A stretch of 62,600 bases of DNA, counting the filler, from Fonticula-like sp. SCN 57-25 (lineage: Eukaryota): assembly GCA_001724245.1 (NCBI GenBank). It is 12 parts of 12 records of this genome, joined end to end, with 100 filler letters (N's around TTAATTAATTAA, not from the genome) between each part and the next. Parts side by side here need not be neighbours in the genome. Positions count along the whole stretch, not along the records: positions 36,458 to 42,163 come from MEDX01000645.1; positions 42,264 to 47,284 come from MEDX01000646.1; positions 47,385 to 52,390 come from MEDX01000647.1; 9 more parts are not named here. One strand, written 5' to 3'. A model generated the notes under the pieces. The model did not search any database. It was not told the DNA's origin and saw only the letters and a list, made by a program, of their open reading frames with translations. Position numbers and translations under genes: made by a program. Position 1 is the stretch's first letter, and every line of letters starts with the position of its first letter. Below are positions 37,610-49,839 of the stretch, piece by piece.

Positions 37610-39706
37610 ATGGCGAATCAACTGGTGAAGAAGACGGCTATTAAACCCCACACGAATCACGTACGACTGTGTTTCCCACTCGTGATGTGCTGCTGGTCTG
37701 ACGCCATTTGTGATTTCAGGTGTACGCGTGTGCATTATCCCCTGATGGCGCTTCGGTGGCAACTGGTAGTGAAGACAATTCACTGTGCATCACCAATATT
37801 GCCACGCAGGCAAAGGTGTACGCAGTGCAGCGTAATAAATTTGTACGCTCCTTGCTATCCTCTCTTATTGGACTCTTTTAGACTTTTGTTTTGACCATCG
37901 TGTAAGATGTATGATGTGGCGTGGTCGCCCGACGGGACGCGTCTTGTCGGCGTGACATGGAGTGGCGAAGTCATCCAAGTCACAGACAACAATGCGCACT
38001 CGACCGTGTACAAGATCGACAAACCTGTATGCATCATGTTGGCCGCTCCTTTCTTTACTTATTGCTGTCTAGTTGAGTGGATGCGCGTTCAGTCCTCGCG
38101 GGATCCTTGCCGTCGGTGGAGATGATATAGCAGTGACACTCTTGGATCCATCCAACAACTATGCACTCATTCAAACATTGACTGGATTGTCTAATAGGGT
38201 GCGTTAGTGAATGATTACTTGCTGTTGCTCACAATTAGTTATACAGGTGTGGCGTGTTACCTTTTCCCCCGATGGGAATCTGCTTGTCGCGGGATGCTAC
38301 GATGGCCACATGTACATTTATAAACTGTCCAATGGCAGGTGGGCACAAGTATCAGTGAACGAGCATCATTCTGAGAGGGTATTGATATTTATCTTGATAC
38401 TACTACTTACTACTTTGTAAATTGTCACCAGATCTTGTCTCTGTGCTTCAGTCCCTCTGGCCGCATGCTATTGGCCACGAGCGTTGACAGGACTGCTTCC
38501 ATTTGGAATGTTACATCACTAACCACGTGGCCATCTACTCCTCACGTGACACTCAATGGGCACACGGAACAAGTCAGAGGGGGCGCTTTTCTCGGAGACG
38601 AGTCGCACGTGATCACTGGGTCAATCGATAAATCCCTCCGAATTTGGCGCACTTCTGATGGAGCTCAAACTGCAATCTACCAATGTGGTGGTCCCGTATG
38701 TGTCTCATTTGTACCTATTTGTGCTTACCTATGGGCTTATGCAGGCGCGTTCACTGTCGTATCACGCTGAGTCTGGCAACATTATTGTTGGTCTTGATGG
38801 TCACGTGGAAATGTGGCAAACTGATCCTTATAATGCCCTTCCCGCCCACGTGTGCGTCCGCGAGCGACTTGCGGAAGCGCAGGCACAAGCCAAGGATATT
38901 GGGACATCAATTGAAAATTTCGACAGTGGAATACGTCAGCAAATGTCACGTGAACAGGAATTGAAGTGCTCGATTACCGACCTCGAGGCTAAATGTGCGG
39001 GCATATATGATCTTCATACTATAGTACTAACGTGTATCTAGTGGCGAGTGAGAAAAAAGCACTTGAGGAACTGCAAACTCCCGAGTATATTGTACAGTCA
39101 CGTGACCTGACCAAGCTGGTGGAGCGCCACAATGCTTTGCTTGGCATCATCAATGTCTGCACGCAGACACTTGACAGTTTGACAGACTGCCTGAAGACTT
39201 CTGGACTAGAGGACCTCCGCGGCGACGCCTTTAACGAGTGGCTTTGTGACATTGGCATGTGCAAACTGCAAACTACCCTTAAGGACATTTATGGCGCAAC
39301 ATTGAACATGTTTCACGTCGACAATGTGATGGAGTTTGGTGTGTCATTTAAAGATGCCGCTGCAGTTCAACTGCGTGCCTACATTGCGCACTACAAGCTG
39401 AGCGATGACAGCGCATTTGCTCCGCCACGTGACAGTGTTATGTCATGGGACGAATCGCAAACTGCAAACTGGATCAAGTCACTAGAAGCTCCATATTCTT
39501 CTCTTGCTGATGCTGGCTGGCATGGAGCCGCTCTATGTTCACTTTCGCCGACGCGCGTGGTCGAGGCGGGTAAGGGAAAGCTCAAAGCACCGGATGCAGT
39601 AAAGTTTATTGGAATGGTTCGTCAAATGCGAAAGGAAACTGACATTGACAAGGACGAATGGGTGTCAAAGTGGAGTGGGACGGTGCCAATTGATCTTCAA
39701 GCCTAG
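37610..39706 (+). CDS. WD40 (7 blades)-coiled-coil-tandem SAM-like protein, copy 2 (complete, 8 exons)
   Basis: Exons 37610-37660, 37720-37842, 37907-38026, 38073-38198, 38247-38378, 38432-38695, 38745-38994 and 39042-39706 splice in frame at GT-AG. SPDG/GH..WD motifs. SAM-like EWLCDIG..IYGATL and SWDESQTANWI..WHGAAL. Confidence 0.88.
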
Positions 39707-40556
39707 TATTTTATTAATTTTCGTTGTGTTTCACTGTTAACATTTATGTGCCTTTTCAAATTTCAGTTTACCTTTCAATACTTATTCACTGTACTTCTTC
39801 TTGTCTTCCCATAATAATTGATGTGCTCTTGGATTACTATTTCCACCACTGATATAGTGTTGACTGCTCTCCCTTTTTGTAATACAAAGTCGACTCTGTC
39901 TGCCGTCCAATGCGTCCATGCCATTCTGTGGACGGCGTCACATGATGGACATGGCCTTTGTTTGCAAGGGTCTCGGTGATCCCACGCGCAACGATGACGA
40001 TCACGAGCGGACCATCGGCATCATGGCGCGAGGAGCGATGTTGCCGGCGCGCATCACGGCGCGCAGTTCAGATCACTGCAGCCGTGTATCATAGTGGCAA
40101 GCAATAGTCTGGCCATAAAACAATGATGTGGTGACCTCAAGTAGCGGCCGTCACCTTGGCAATCGAGCCGCGAATGCTCCGCTACTCATTTGCTGCGGAT
40201 ACTGGGCCGTCTGCGGTTTACATTAGGCGCACTGGCCAATTGGCAATCAACAATGCACGGCAAATTGGCTCTGCCTGTACTGGTGAGTGGCAAAACTGGC
40301 GGCGTGCTGGCAATCGCCGGTCAGCATTGGAGATCGTGGCCGGATCAAGCCCGGATGCGCGCGGATGGCTGCCAGGCTGCCGCCGCTCGCCCCAATCACG
40401 TGATCAATTTGCGTCTCTACGTGGCCGACTTTGCAGGGGCGCCAACAAGAAGCTGGCAAGCCAGCCAGGAGCGACCGAGCGATTGTCTGTCTGCCGCGCG
40501 TGAGTTGGTAGCAGTTGAGATTATTGGAAGAGCAAGCGAGAAAAGTGCTGGGCGCA

Positions 40557-42163
40557 ATGGCGAATCAACTGGTGAAGAAGACGACTATTCAAACGCACTC
40601 GAGTCACGTACGACTTTGTTACCCCCGCTCGCGAATCGGCGAATGTTGCTGATGCAGCGATGCTATGGTGTATTCAGGCGTGGAGGTGTCCGATTTCTCC
40701 CGACGGCACTTTGGTGGCAACTGGAAGTCAAGACAAGACACTCTGCATCACCAACATTGCCACGCAGGCAAAGGTGTACACTGTGCGGTGCGATAATATT
40801 GTACGCGGCTTGCCGTCCTCTTTTTTTTTTAATCTCTTTTCTGCTGACCATCGTGTAAGGTGTGGGATGTCGTGTGGTCGCACGACGGGACGCGTCTTGT
40901 CGGCGTGACTCAGAGTGGCAGTGTTGTACAAGTCACAAACAACAATGCGCACGCGACCGTGCACAAGATCAACACATATGTACGCATCACGTTTGCCTCT
41001 CTTTGCTCTGGCTCATCCCTTGTCTAGTTGTATGGATGCGCGTTCAGTCCCAGTGGGATCCTTGCCATCGGCGGAGCTGACCAAGCAGTGACACTCTTGG
41101 ATTCATCCAAAAACTATTCAGTCATTCAAACATTCACCGGGTTAGTTCATTATGTGCGTACATGAAGAATTCATTCTTTTATTGCTCACAGTGTGGGATA
41201 CAAGGTGCGCTGTCTCGCCTTTTCCCCCGATGGGAATCTTCTTGTCGCGGGATGCCAAGATGGCCATATGTACATTTATGGACTGACCAATGGCAAGTGG
41301 GCGCAAGTATCAGCTATCAGGCATCATTCTAGTCACGTATGATATTCGCCTTTATTTTCTCATTTCTAATGATACTAGATTCGTTCACTCTGCTTCAGCC
41401 CCTCTGGCCGCATGCTATTGGCCACAAGTAGTGACATGGCTGCTTCCATCTGGAATGTTCCATTTAATTTCACATGGCCATCCACTCCTCACATNTGACA
41501 CTCAAGGGGCACCAGAATCAAGTCTTTGGTGGTGCCTTTCTCGGCGACGAATCGCACGTGATCACTGGGTCGACAGATTGTACCCTTCGCATTTGGCGCA
41601 CCTCTGATGGAGTGCAAACTGCAAACTATCAATGTGGTGGATCCGTATGTGTCACTTGCTGGTCTATTTTTAGCACTCATCCTAGCTCCTCCTCAGGTGA
41701 CGTCATTGTCGTATCATGCTGAGTCTGGCACGATCGCAGCTGGACTAGCTGGCCACGTGGAAATGTGGCAAACTGCTCCCTTTAAAGCTCTTCCCGCCCA
41801 TGTGTGCGTACGCGAGCGATTGGCGGAAGCACAGGCACAGGCCAATGGTATCCAAGCATCACTTGACAAGGCTTATAGTGGATTGCGTCAGCAAATGTCA
41901 CGTGATTTGACCAAGCTGATGGAGCGCCATGATGCTTTACTTGGCATCATTCATGTCTGCACGCAGACACTTGACAGTTTGACAGATTGCTTGTATGTGT
42001 CCGGATTGGAGGACCTTCGTGGTGCCGCCTTTAAGGAATGGCTATGCGACATTGGAATGAGCAAACTGCAAACTGCGTTCAAGGACATTAATGGCGCTAC
42101 TTTGACGATGCTCAATGTGGACAGTGTGATGGAGTATGACGTCACCTTTAACGATGCCGCTGC
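40557..42163 (+). CDS. WD40-coiled-coil-SAM family, copy 3 (3' truncated)
   Basis: Same exon layout as copy 2. The single N at 41495 is a probable scaffold join. Lacks 35 codons and one intron relative to copy 2. Confidence 0.8.
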
Positions 42164-42757
42164 NNNNNNNNNNNNNNNNNNNNNNNNNNNNNNNNNNNNN
42201 NNNNNNNTTAATTAATTAANNNNNNNNNNNNNNNNNNNNNNNNNNNNNNNNNNNNNNNNNNNNTGTACAAAGTATGGAATGACCATATGGACCGTACTCT
42301 GTAGCTGGTATGGATACATGACCCGCACTGCCTATGAACTGGAAGGAATTAGGCGCGACCAGTGAGGCGCTTTGCCCGAGTGTGGGCAGCAACACGAATA
42401 CGGCGCCAACCCGCTCATGAATAGAATGGCCGCAAAAGGCTATTTGCGGCATTGTGCAGTGCTGCAGTTGGACGCACATCGCGTGCCGTAATTTTACCAC
42501 CACAAGGGATGATTCCAATGGGCGAAAAAGTGCTTCGTCGCCGGCTGACGGACGGCTAAAGCGCGAGAAAAGGTACAATGACAATCGTGTCTACTCTTAA
42601 AGCGTGAAAAGAAGAGCTTGTCTGCTACATAAGCCGCTTAAAAATAAGTACTTTTCCCGCTGTGCGTCCAACATCGCGATTCGACACTCGAAAGATAGTC
42701 AAAGTTTATGTACAGCAGTAATACAATGGATCGCCAACGAAATAACAGCAGAAATAT

Positions 42758-43008
42758 CTATGTCCTTTTCAACGCCGCCGCCTCGCTACGCAGCTCCTTG
42801 ATGACAGCGGCGAGCGCCTCAGGATTCACGCCCTGATCCAGCAGCTGGCTGCACAGCGAGAGCGACTCGCGATCGAGCCCCGTCTTCAAAAGCGACGACA
42901 TTTCATAAATGACTACACGGCCGTTAATAAGAGCGCTTCGGGGAGAATACGGCGCGCACTGTCGAGCGCCTCGCGAGGAAGCTCGGGCTGATCCCCCAAC
43001 GACGACAT
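42758..43008 (-). CDS. MZT1: MOZART1 (gamma-tubulin complex subunit)
   Basis: Two exons give REALDIIYEMSSLLKTGLDRESLSLCSQLLDQGVNPEALAAVIKELR. Not in ORF track. Confidence 0.93.
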
Positions 43009-43907
43009 GGCCGCGACGGTTTTGGCGCGAATCGGGCGAAACCGTCGTTTGATTGGACGATAAATGATTTATGAGACATAATATTGAACGCGTTGTGGCC
43101 CCGTTTTTGAATAAAAGACTATGTAAAGTTGAAACAGACGAAATAATTCAATAAATGTCAGCTATCAGTCCATAAAGTTTCATTCTTAAAATATGAGAAT
43201 TGGTCGATGTGACCATTTTTCATGTTGCTATTAAACGTGTTCATCCACTATGTTGCAATGTATTTCCTGTCGTATTTCTGTTTGTTATCATAACGTTTTC
43301 TGCTCATCTTTTGACCAGGGCTTTATCAAAAGGCAAAAAAGTGCCTATAGTGTCTAACATGTTCACTGAACTCTAATGGAACTGCTAATTCACGGCTTTG
43401 ATTATATTCCCACATCAAATTATTCATATTAGTTTCTTTGGAAAACAGCAGTATTATTGAAGCGACGCGCACGTAGCGCTCAACACAGAATCTGATTCAA
43501 ATCCGATATAACGAGCGGGACAATGCCAATGACAGAGTACAATTACATTTTCTCACGAACAAACACTCGAGCGTGAAAAAGTCTCACATGAAACGCGAGG
43601 GGTCTAGCACCGAAAAAACAATAGGAAATCAACCGGCATTGGGAATCAAGTGAGCCCATTGAAGCGGACGATGATTGCCGCCTGTCTGCGACGACGAAAC
43701 AACGAAAGAAAAAACAACAAAAAAAAACAGCGGGAACGACAACAGAGACAAGGCAGCGAAAGCCGCGGCCGACCAGCGCGGGCGACACGCGTCTCTGCAA
43801 AAAGCGGGTAAAAATGTAAGTAGTCTCGCTGCAACGCGCGTCTCGACACTATTAAAAAACAGCCATCATCATCGTGATCAATCATTAAAGGCATCCATCT
43901 CACTTTT

Positions 43908-46212
43908 TCACGCAAACTGGTGCTGCGAGCGGGGCACCGGACTGTGACTGTGCGGCGCCGCCTGCTGCGCGTACTCGTCGGGCACCGACCTCGTCCTCTT
44001 GTGCCTCTTCCACTTTGTCTCCTGCGGCGCCGCCTGCTTCCCCTTGAGGCAGTGCGGGCACCGCCGCGCGGCGTCGCTCACGGGCGACAGCGGCACGCTG
44101 CACTGGTCGGCGGAATTCGCCTTCCTGTACGCGCGGCCGTTATTGAGAATCATCTGCGTCCCGGCATTGATGAGCGCCGGCGCAAACGCCTCGAGGTTCT
44201 TGACAGTGCACCAAAGACCCGCGCGGGCGATCAGCTCGACGTCGGCCGCGTCGAGCGGCGCGAGGCAGTCGGCGCCGACGAGCACCGCCACGAGCACAGG
44301 TGAGCCGCACAGCAGGCTCATCAGGTTTCCGGCGATGCGCCGCGTAGGGCTGTCGGCGGCATTCACAAAGCGCTGAGCGAGCACCTTGGCGGCGCCGCGG
44401 CCCGCCACGCGAAGAATGTTGACCGGCGAGTCCTGAACGAGGTTGAACAAGAGGCTGACGAGGAAGCGGTCCTCGACGGGCGACGACTGCGACGCGGGGC
44501 GGCCGCACGCATCAAGCACAGCGTCAAGCAAAATTGTGTCCTGCGATACTTGTGCAAATACGTCGCGGCAGCTCGCCATGTTGGCGAGCGCGAGCGCGCC
44601 GTACATCTTGTGCGCGTTCGAGCCGGGGACGGAAATCAGCGACGTCAACGACGAAATAAGTGCGCGGTGGTTGGCGTGCGCAGACGCGACGCACGAGGCC
44701 GTCAAAAAGCAGTTGGCGAGCACGAGCGCGACGCTCGAGTGCAGGCCGACGTGGTACGGGTGACGCGCAATCTTGAAAAAGCCGCCGCTCTCGCGCGCGT
44801 CGGCGGGAACAAAGACGCTGCGCTGCTGCGCAGGGCGGCTGCTGTTGACGGGGCTCGGCGCGGCCAGCGGCGTCGACACAATCACAGGGGCGCTCACCGC
44901 CGCCGCCACCGCCGCAGCGGGGCTGCTGCACATGGACGACGACAGCGACGGCGTCGAGACATCCATCGGCGCAGCGGGCATCGCAGCCGCCGCAGCAGCA
45001 GCGCCATTCGAGGCAGCGGCAAACGGCGCGGCCGCGGACATATTAACGTCACCAGCGCCGCCGCCGAGCAGCGCCGAAAGCGGCGCGGCCACCGTCGGCG
45101 TCGGCATCGCAATGGCGACCGGCGGCGGAATAAACTGCGCCACCTGCGGGGCAGCGCCGACGGGCAGCAGCGCGGGCGACACCGCCTGCTGCTGCGACGG
45201 GTTGGATCGCGTGCGCGTGATGGACGCCGGGTCGGGCGCGGAGCACTCGACGCACCGCGTGAGCGCGCGCATGAACGCCGCGTCCTGGATGACAGAGAGG
45301 CGAAGCGTGCCGAGGTGAGCTGTCGTTGGGTCGTGGTGCAAAAGCAGCCCGAGCGTGCGGACGGCCTCCACGACGGCGCGCACGCGCAGGTCGAGGCGGT
45401 AGCGCAGCGGAAAGTCGGCGTTGACAAAGAGGTCTGGCGAGGCGGCCTCGCGGATGATAAAGCCGCGGACGCCCGCGAGCGCGCCGAGCTCGATCAGCTT
45501 GTTGGGGTTGCACTCGGTCTGCGAGAGCACGCCAATGTACTGCAGCGCGTAGATGCGGTCCTCGATGCGGAGGTCCTCGCGGCGCCATACGCGCATCACC
45601 TGGCTCACCGTCGTCGCGCGCAGCGTCTGGCGAGCGGTGCGGAACACGGGAGAGTCGGGCTGAAGGACGGCGGCCTGGGCAATGTTGGAAAGGGCCCACG
45701 CGCAGATGGACAGCGCGTGCGACGGGTGCTCCTGGTTGTTGCGCATGTTGTGCGCGACAAGAAGGAAGGAGAGGACGCGCTCAGACTCGATCTGCGCCAT
45801 CGTCTCCTCATTGAGGGCATCAGAGCAGACATACGCGAGCAGATACGCGGCCGCGATCGTGATCTGCGAGGGGGTCGAGGGGGACTCTACAAGCCCGACA
45901 AGGTAGCGCAGCGGGGAAAAGGTGCGCGTCTTGAGGCGAAGGATGTGGCCAACAACGACCGACACGAGATGTACATCGGTCGTATTGTGGCTGACGCGCG
46001 CAAGCTCGACAAGGGGGATGCCGGCATCGCGTGGCGGCGGCCCGGCAAGAGGGGCGGCGGCGGCGGTGGCGGTGGAAGAAGAAGAAGAAGGTGTAGTGGA
46101 TGGCGGTTTCACTTCGAATGCCCTGTGAATCAGGGCAACAAGCGTGCGCCTAGACGAGAACGTCAGCATGGGGGCATGGCCAAGATCACACCGCGTACCC
46201 TAATTCGGACAT
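43908..46212 (-). CDS. Armadillo/HEAT-like helical repeat protein with low-complexity insert; ends approximate
   Basis: 753-codon ORF with ARM-like units (AWALSNIA, GALALANMA, LLFNLV, LIELGAL). Small upstream exon with an ATG at 46212. Confidence 0.6.
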
Positions 46213-46851
46213 CAGCTAAAAGAGACGCTCGCGATGCGCGGAAATGTCCCTGGAGGCTGAAAGTCCTTTTCAAAGACGACTTTCTTGGTTGAGGCGGATG
46301 CGCGGAGCCGACGGGGCTGGCACGTCGAGGTCACCACGGGAGCGATGGTAGGCAACACCAAGAGCAATCGCAGAACAATGCCAGACAACACAATGCGAGG
46401 CACAACCGGAAAACCAACTAACTAGCGTGAACGGGATCCCTTCCCGTGCGCGCAGTCGGTCTTCTCAAGCGCTGCCCCTGCTACCCGATAGGGTGACAGA
46501 ACACAACGAGGCCAACGACGAGGCCAACTAAAAAGTTTGGAAAGGCGGCCCTCTAGGTGCGCACAGTCCAAGCCTGCTCAACGACTAGCGAGACGCACAG
46601 AGGCAGAGAGAGGCAGTCGGGCAGCGAACAAAACACCCGGCAGAGGCACGGCGCGGATCCCGGTGGTGATGCGCGGCGGGCGGGGCCAACTTTTACCGCG
46701 CCCTCTAAACCGTTCCTAGTTCTTCCGGGGGGGACGTTTCACTGGTCGTTCTGGCGCCCAATGAAACAAGGATAAAGGCCCCACTGGCCCCCCGAACCAC
46801 TCTTGGGGGGCCGGATTCGGGCACCCCACTTCGGCCCTCGATTCAAAAACC

Positions 46852-46859
46852 AAAAAAAA
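46852..46859 (-). terminator. RNA polymerase III terminator (T8)
   Basis: T-run about 10 nt downstream of the tRNA-Ser 3' end. Confidence 0.7.
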
Positions 46860-46869
46860 GAAGAAATGG

Positions 46870-46951
46870 CGTCGCCTGCAGGATTCGAACCTGCGCGTGC
46901 AGAACACACAGAATTAGCAGTCCTGCCCCTTAACCACTCGGGCAAAGCGAC
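46870..46951 (-). tRNA. tRNA-Ser(GCT)
   Basis: Acceptor GTCGCTT/AGGCGAC with discriminator G, D-arm CCCGAGTGGTTAAGGG, anticodon arm CAGGA-CTGCTAA-TTCTG, long variable arm, T-arm GCAGG-TTCGAAT-CCTGC. Confidence 0.95.
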
Positions 46952-47057
46952 GAAAGCGATTGGAAAAGAATGGTCTTTGTACCTTGCCACTGAAGAGAGG
47001 TGGTCGACTTTTGACTCGCTTTTGTTGGGGCTTTGTCGGTCTCCCCGCGTCGTCCGA

Positions 47058-47284
47058 ATGGCGTCACTGGCCAGCAATCGGCGGTCGTTCCTGCGGCTGC
47101 GCAATCCTTTTTCGGGAGGGCGCACGCGGAACATCCTGCTGCTCCTAGGATGCCTCGCCTATGCATCCGTGACGCTGGGGCTCTTTTCACTTCGGCCCCT
47201 GGCCAACGAAGGTGAGAACGCGAATATCAATCTCGGCTCCAAGCCCAATGTGCTGACAATACCGACGCGCCTGCCGATCGAGGT
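47058..47284 (+). CDS. N-terminus of a probable type II membrane protein; truncated
   Basis: Basic N-terminus followed by one hydrophobic helix (ILLLLGCLAYASVTLGLFSL). Confidence 0.4.
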
Positions 47285-47610
47285 NNNNNNNNNNNNNNNN
47301 NNNNNNNNNNNNNNNNNNNNNNNNNNNNTTAATTAATTAANNNNNNNNNNNNNNNNNNNNNNNNNNNNNNNNNNNNNNNNNNNNCGCGCCGAAACTAGCC
47401 ACTAGGCCGACTTGCGGGGCCTGCGACAAGCGCGTCAATCAGGGGATATTGCGTGATCGGAGATGCGCGATAGAGTGTGCCGGGCTACGATCCAAAGCGC
47501 TTTGAACGAATGCTGGTCACGCGCCCGTCGCATTCGTCGAGCAGAGAACCCACCGAATTCCGCCCGTGCGCGGAACTGCCATTTGCGATCAGGAAACGTC
47601 TAGGGAGACC

Positions 47611-48384
47611 ATGGTCATGACGATCCGCGTTGTTGTCTGGGGCGAAAACGTCCACGAGCAGGAGAATGAAGTCGTCCGGAAGATCTATCCGGAAGGCATG
47701 CACACCACGATCGCCAAGGGCCTAGCCGAAGATCCGGTCATCAAGGTTTCAACCGCCACGCTGCAGGATCCCGAGCACGGCCTGACCGAGGAGCGCCTGG
47801 CCGAAACCGACGTGCTGTTCTGGTGGGGCCACAAGGCGCACGACGATGTTTCGGATGCAATTGTTGCGCGCGTAAAGTGGCACGTTGTTTCCCGCGGAAT
47901 GGGTCTGATCGTGCTGCACAGCGCTCACTTCTCGAAACTGTTCAAGTCCCTCATGGGCACCAGCTGCGACTTGAAGTGGCGCGAACAGGAGCCCAATGGC
48001 GAAATGGAGCGTGTTTGGGTTGTTCAACCGACGCACCCGATTGTGGCGGGAATGAACACTGAGTACTTTGAGCTCCGCGAGGAAATGTATGGAGAGTTCT
48101 TTGACGTTCCGACCCCTGATGATCTTGTGCTCCTTTCCTGGTTCCAAGGTGGTGAACTGTTCCGCAGTGGACTCACCTACAATCGTGGTTTGGGAAAGAT
48201 TTTCTATTTCAGACCGGGTCACGAAAGCTTTGGCACCTATTACAATGAAAATGTGTTACGTATCATTGCAAATGCTGTACAATGGGCTGCTCCATTGTCT
48301 ACCGGGGGAAGAGGAGCAACTGTGAAACCCTTCTACGGTAACCAAAAGATACCAGTGAATGATTTGACTACTACACCCCAGTAG
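47611..48384 (+). CDS. thuA: ThuA-family trehalose utilization protein (bacterial-type, intronless)
   Basis: [67 protein letters not shown]. Shine-Dalgarno-like AGGGAG at 47602-47607. Confidence 0.92.
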   Translation: MVMTIRVVVWGENVHEQENEVVRKIYPEGMHTTIAKGLAEDPVIKVSTATLQDPEHGLTEERLAETDVLFWWGHKAHDDVSDAIVARVKWHVVSRGMGLIVLHSAHFSKLFKSLMGTSCDLKWREQEPNGEMERVWVVQPTHPIVAGMNTEYFELREEMYGEFFDVPTPDDLVLLSWFQGGELFRSGLTYNRGLGKIFYFRPGHESFGTYYNENVLRIIANAVQWAAPLSTGGRGATVKPFYGNQKIPVNDLTTTPQ

Positions 48385-48439
48385 TTGTACATCCATCCCC
48401 TTTATTTTATCTCTCTCTAGTCAAATAGTTGGTTTTTTT

Positions 48440-49839
48440 TTACACAGGTGCCAAATACATTTCAATAAACCTAATAAAGATGGATTGGAGTGCATTAATT
48501 GTTGGCCAATGTAATGCTGCCCAATCATCATCGTAACGATGCCATACGTCTGGAAATGGTGCTGTACACACAATTTTCAATAGAGTCAGCTATTATTTGC
48601 TTCCCATCCACTGATACAGTCACAATACACACACATTTACACTTTCATCTCCCATTCACACACACATCCACACATCCACACATCCACACATCACTTATAT
48701 CTACTCGCACACATCCACCACCACTTCCACCATTTCCACATACACGGTATTATGTGCAATACTGGCACCCCTCGAACAAAGAAGGGTACATGATCATCTT
48801 CTATGAGTGCATTCACACGACTGCGCGAGAAGAAGGCATAACGTGTGGAGAACTGTGTATTGAGCTGGGCCTCCGCATCTGCTAGCATGTTATACAAGTG
48901 GTCCACGTTTCTCTGAAAGTGCAGTTCGTAATTGTAAAATTTTGTACCAGCAGTGCCAATCAAGTCCAACAGCACAAACAGCGAGATGCTAGATAGCCTA
49001 TTCTCACGCTCCCACTGCTGGGCCAGTGCCCTCGCACCGTACAGCGAATCTTCAGCACTCCAGTTCTCAATAGCCTCTTCGCCATCAAAGAAGACCAACT
49101 GTATCTCACTCACACGCACACGTCTCCCACCCTCATCCCGTTGCACTGCACTCGCATTGAGGAGGAGCACAGGGATCTGCTCAGCCAGATGCAGCAGCAT
49201 TGCACAGGGAACCGCGCTATCGGTGGCCCCCAGGAACACAAAATCAAAAATCTTGCTGTCATAGTGACACGCAAGTAACAGTCTTCGGGACGTCTCTCTG
49301 CTCTCGTTTGGGTGGTGGAGACCATACGTGGCGATAATGTTGCGAAACACGACGGGACCCTGGAACCTCGGCACCCTCTGGTACTCGTGCTCCACGGTTT
49401 CCACGCGCCAGCCGAACAGTGCGAGCATGCGTTCGAGGTATCTGCGCGTCTGGTCGTGCCCCTGGGAGTGAATGGTGCGCGGGCCAAAGGAGAGCAGCGT
49501 GTGCGTGTGGTTCATGACGCTGAAATTTGAGGAGTGAAATGAGGGGAGTGGCGGTTTGATGGGATTGCGTCTCGAAGCATTGGATACATGCCACACGAAA
49601 ACTGCACCAAGTGTGACAAGAAGGGCTGCAAGACCAGTTGCAACTATTGCTGTGAGAATGGCGCCCCAGGTTCCACATGCACTCTTCTTGTTATCCAGAA
49701 ATTTACTTCTCCCGGTAGTGCTGGTGGTGCTGTTGGCACTTTGACTTGTCCCCTCTTCCTCTTGATCCCGTCTCCGTTTTACAAGTTGTTTAGATGAAAC
49801 CATGGACTCGTCTTCCTCTTCTTCTTCAGTTGTGCGCAT
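48440..49839 (-). CDS. Glutaminyl-peptide cyclotransferase (M28 family), membrane-anchored isoQC type
   Basis: TM anchor, LACHYDSK, GATDSAVPCAM, FFDGEEA, DSLYGAR, LLDLIG, IEDDHVPF. Last exon PFPDVWH after an intron at ~48562-48745. Confidence 0.92.
48661..48692. repeat. (CACACATC)4 microsatellite in an intron
   Basis: Read directly from the sequence. Confidence 0.85.

Larger units (their letters stand above)
36458..42163 (+). repeat. Tandem gene array with unit lengths of about 2.93 and 2.80 kb
   Basis: 36458 matches 39386 (offset 2928) and 39363 matches 42163 (offset 2800). Intergenic DNA and introns are also homologous. Confidence 0.95.

Noticed and set aside
37127-37783. 218-aa minus-strand ORF in the array spacer
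   Set aside because: The frame is not preserved in the paralogous spacer, which has indels, and it overlaps the real first exons.
41489-41500. Frameshift in WD40 copy 3 suggesting a pseudogene
   Set aside because: It coincides with a single N. The segment before it is 5037 nt, which fits the descending contig-length order, so it is probably a scaffold join.
42368-42382. 15-nt match to the 5' end of tRNA-Ser (possible att site or tRNA fragment)
   Set aside because: Short, inverted relative to the tRNA, no cloverleaf and no integrase nearby; chance is plausible.
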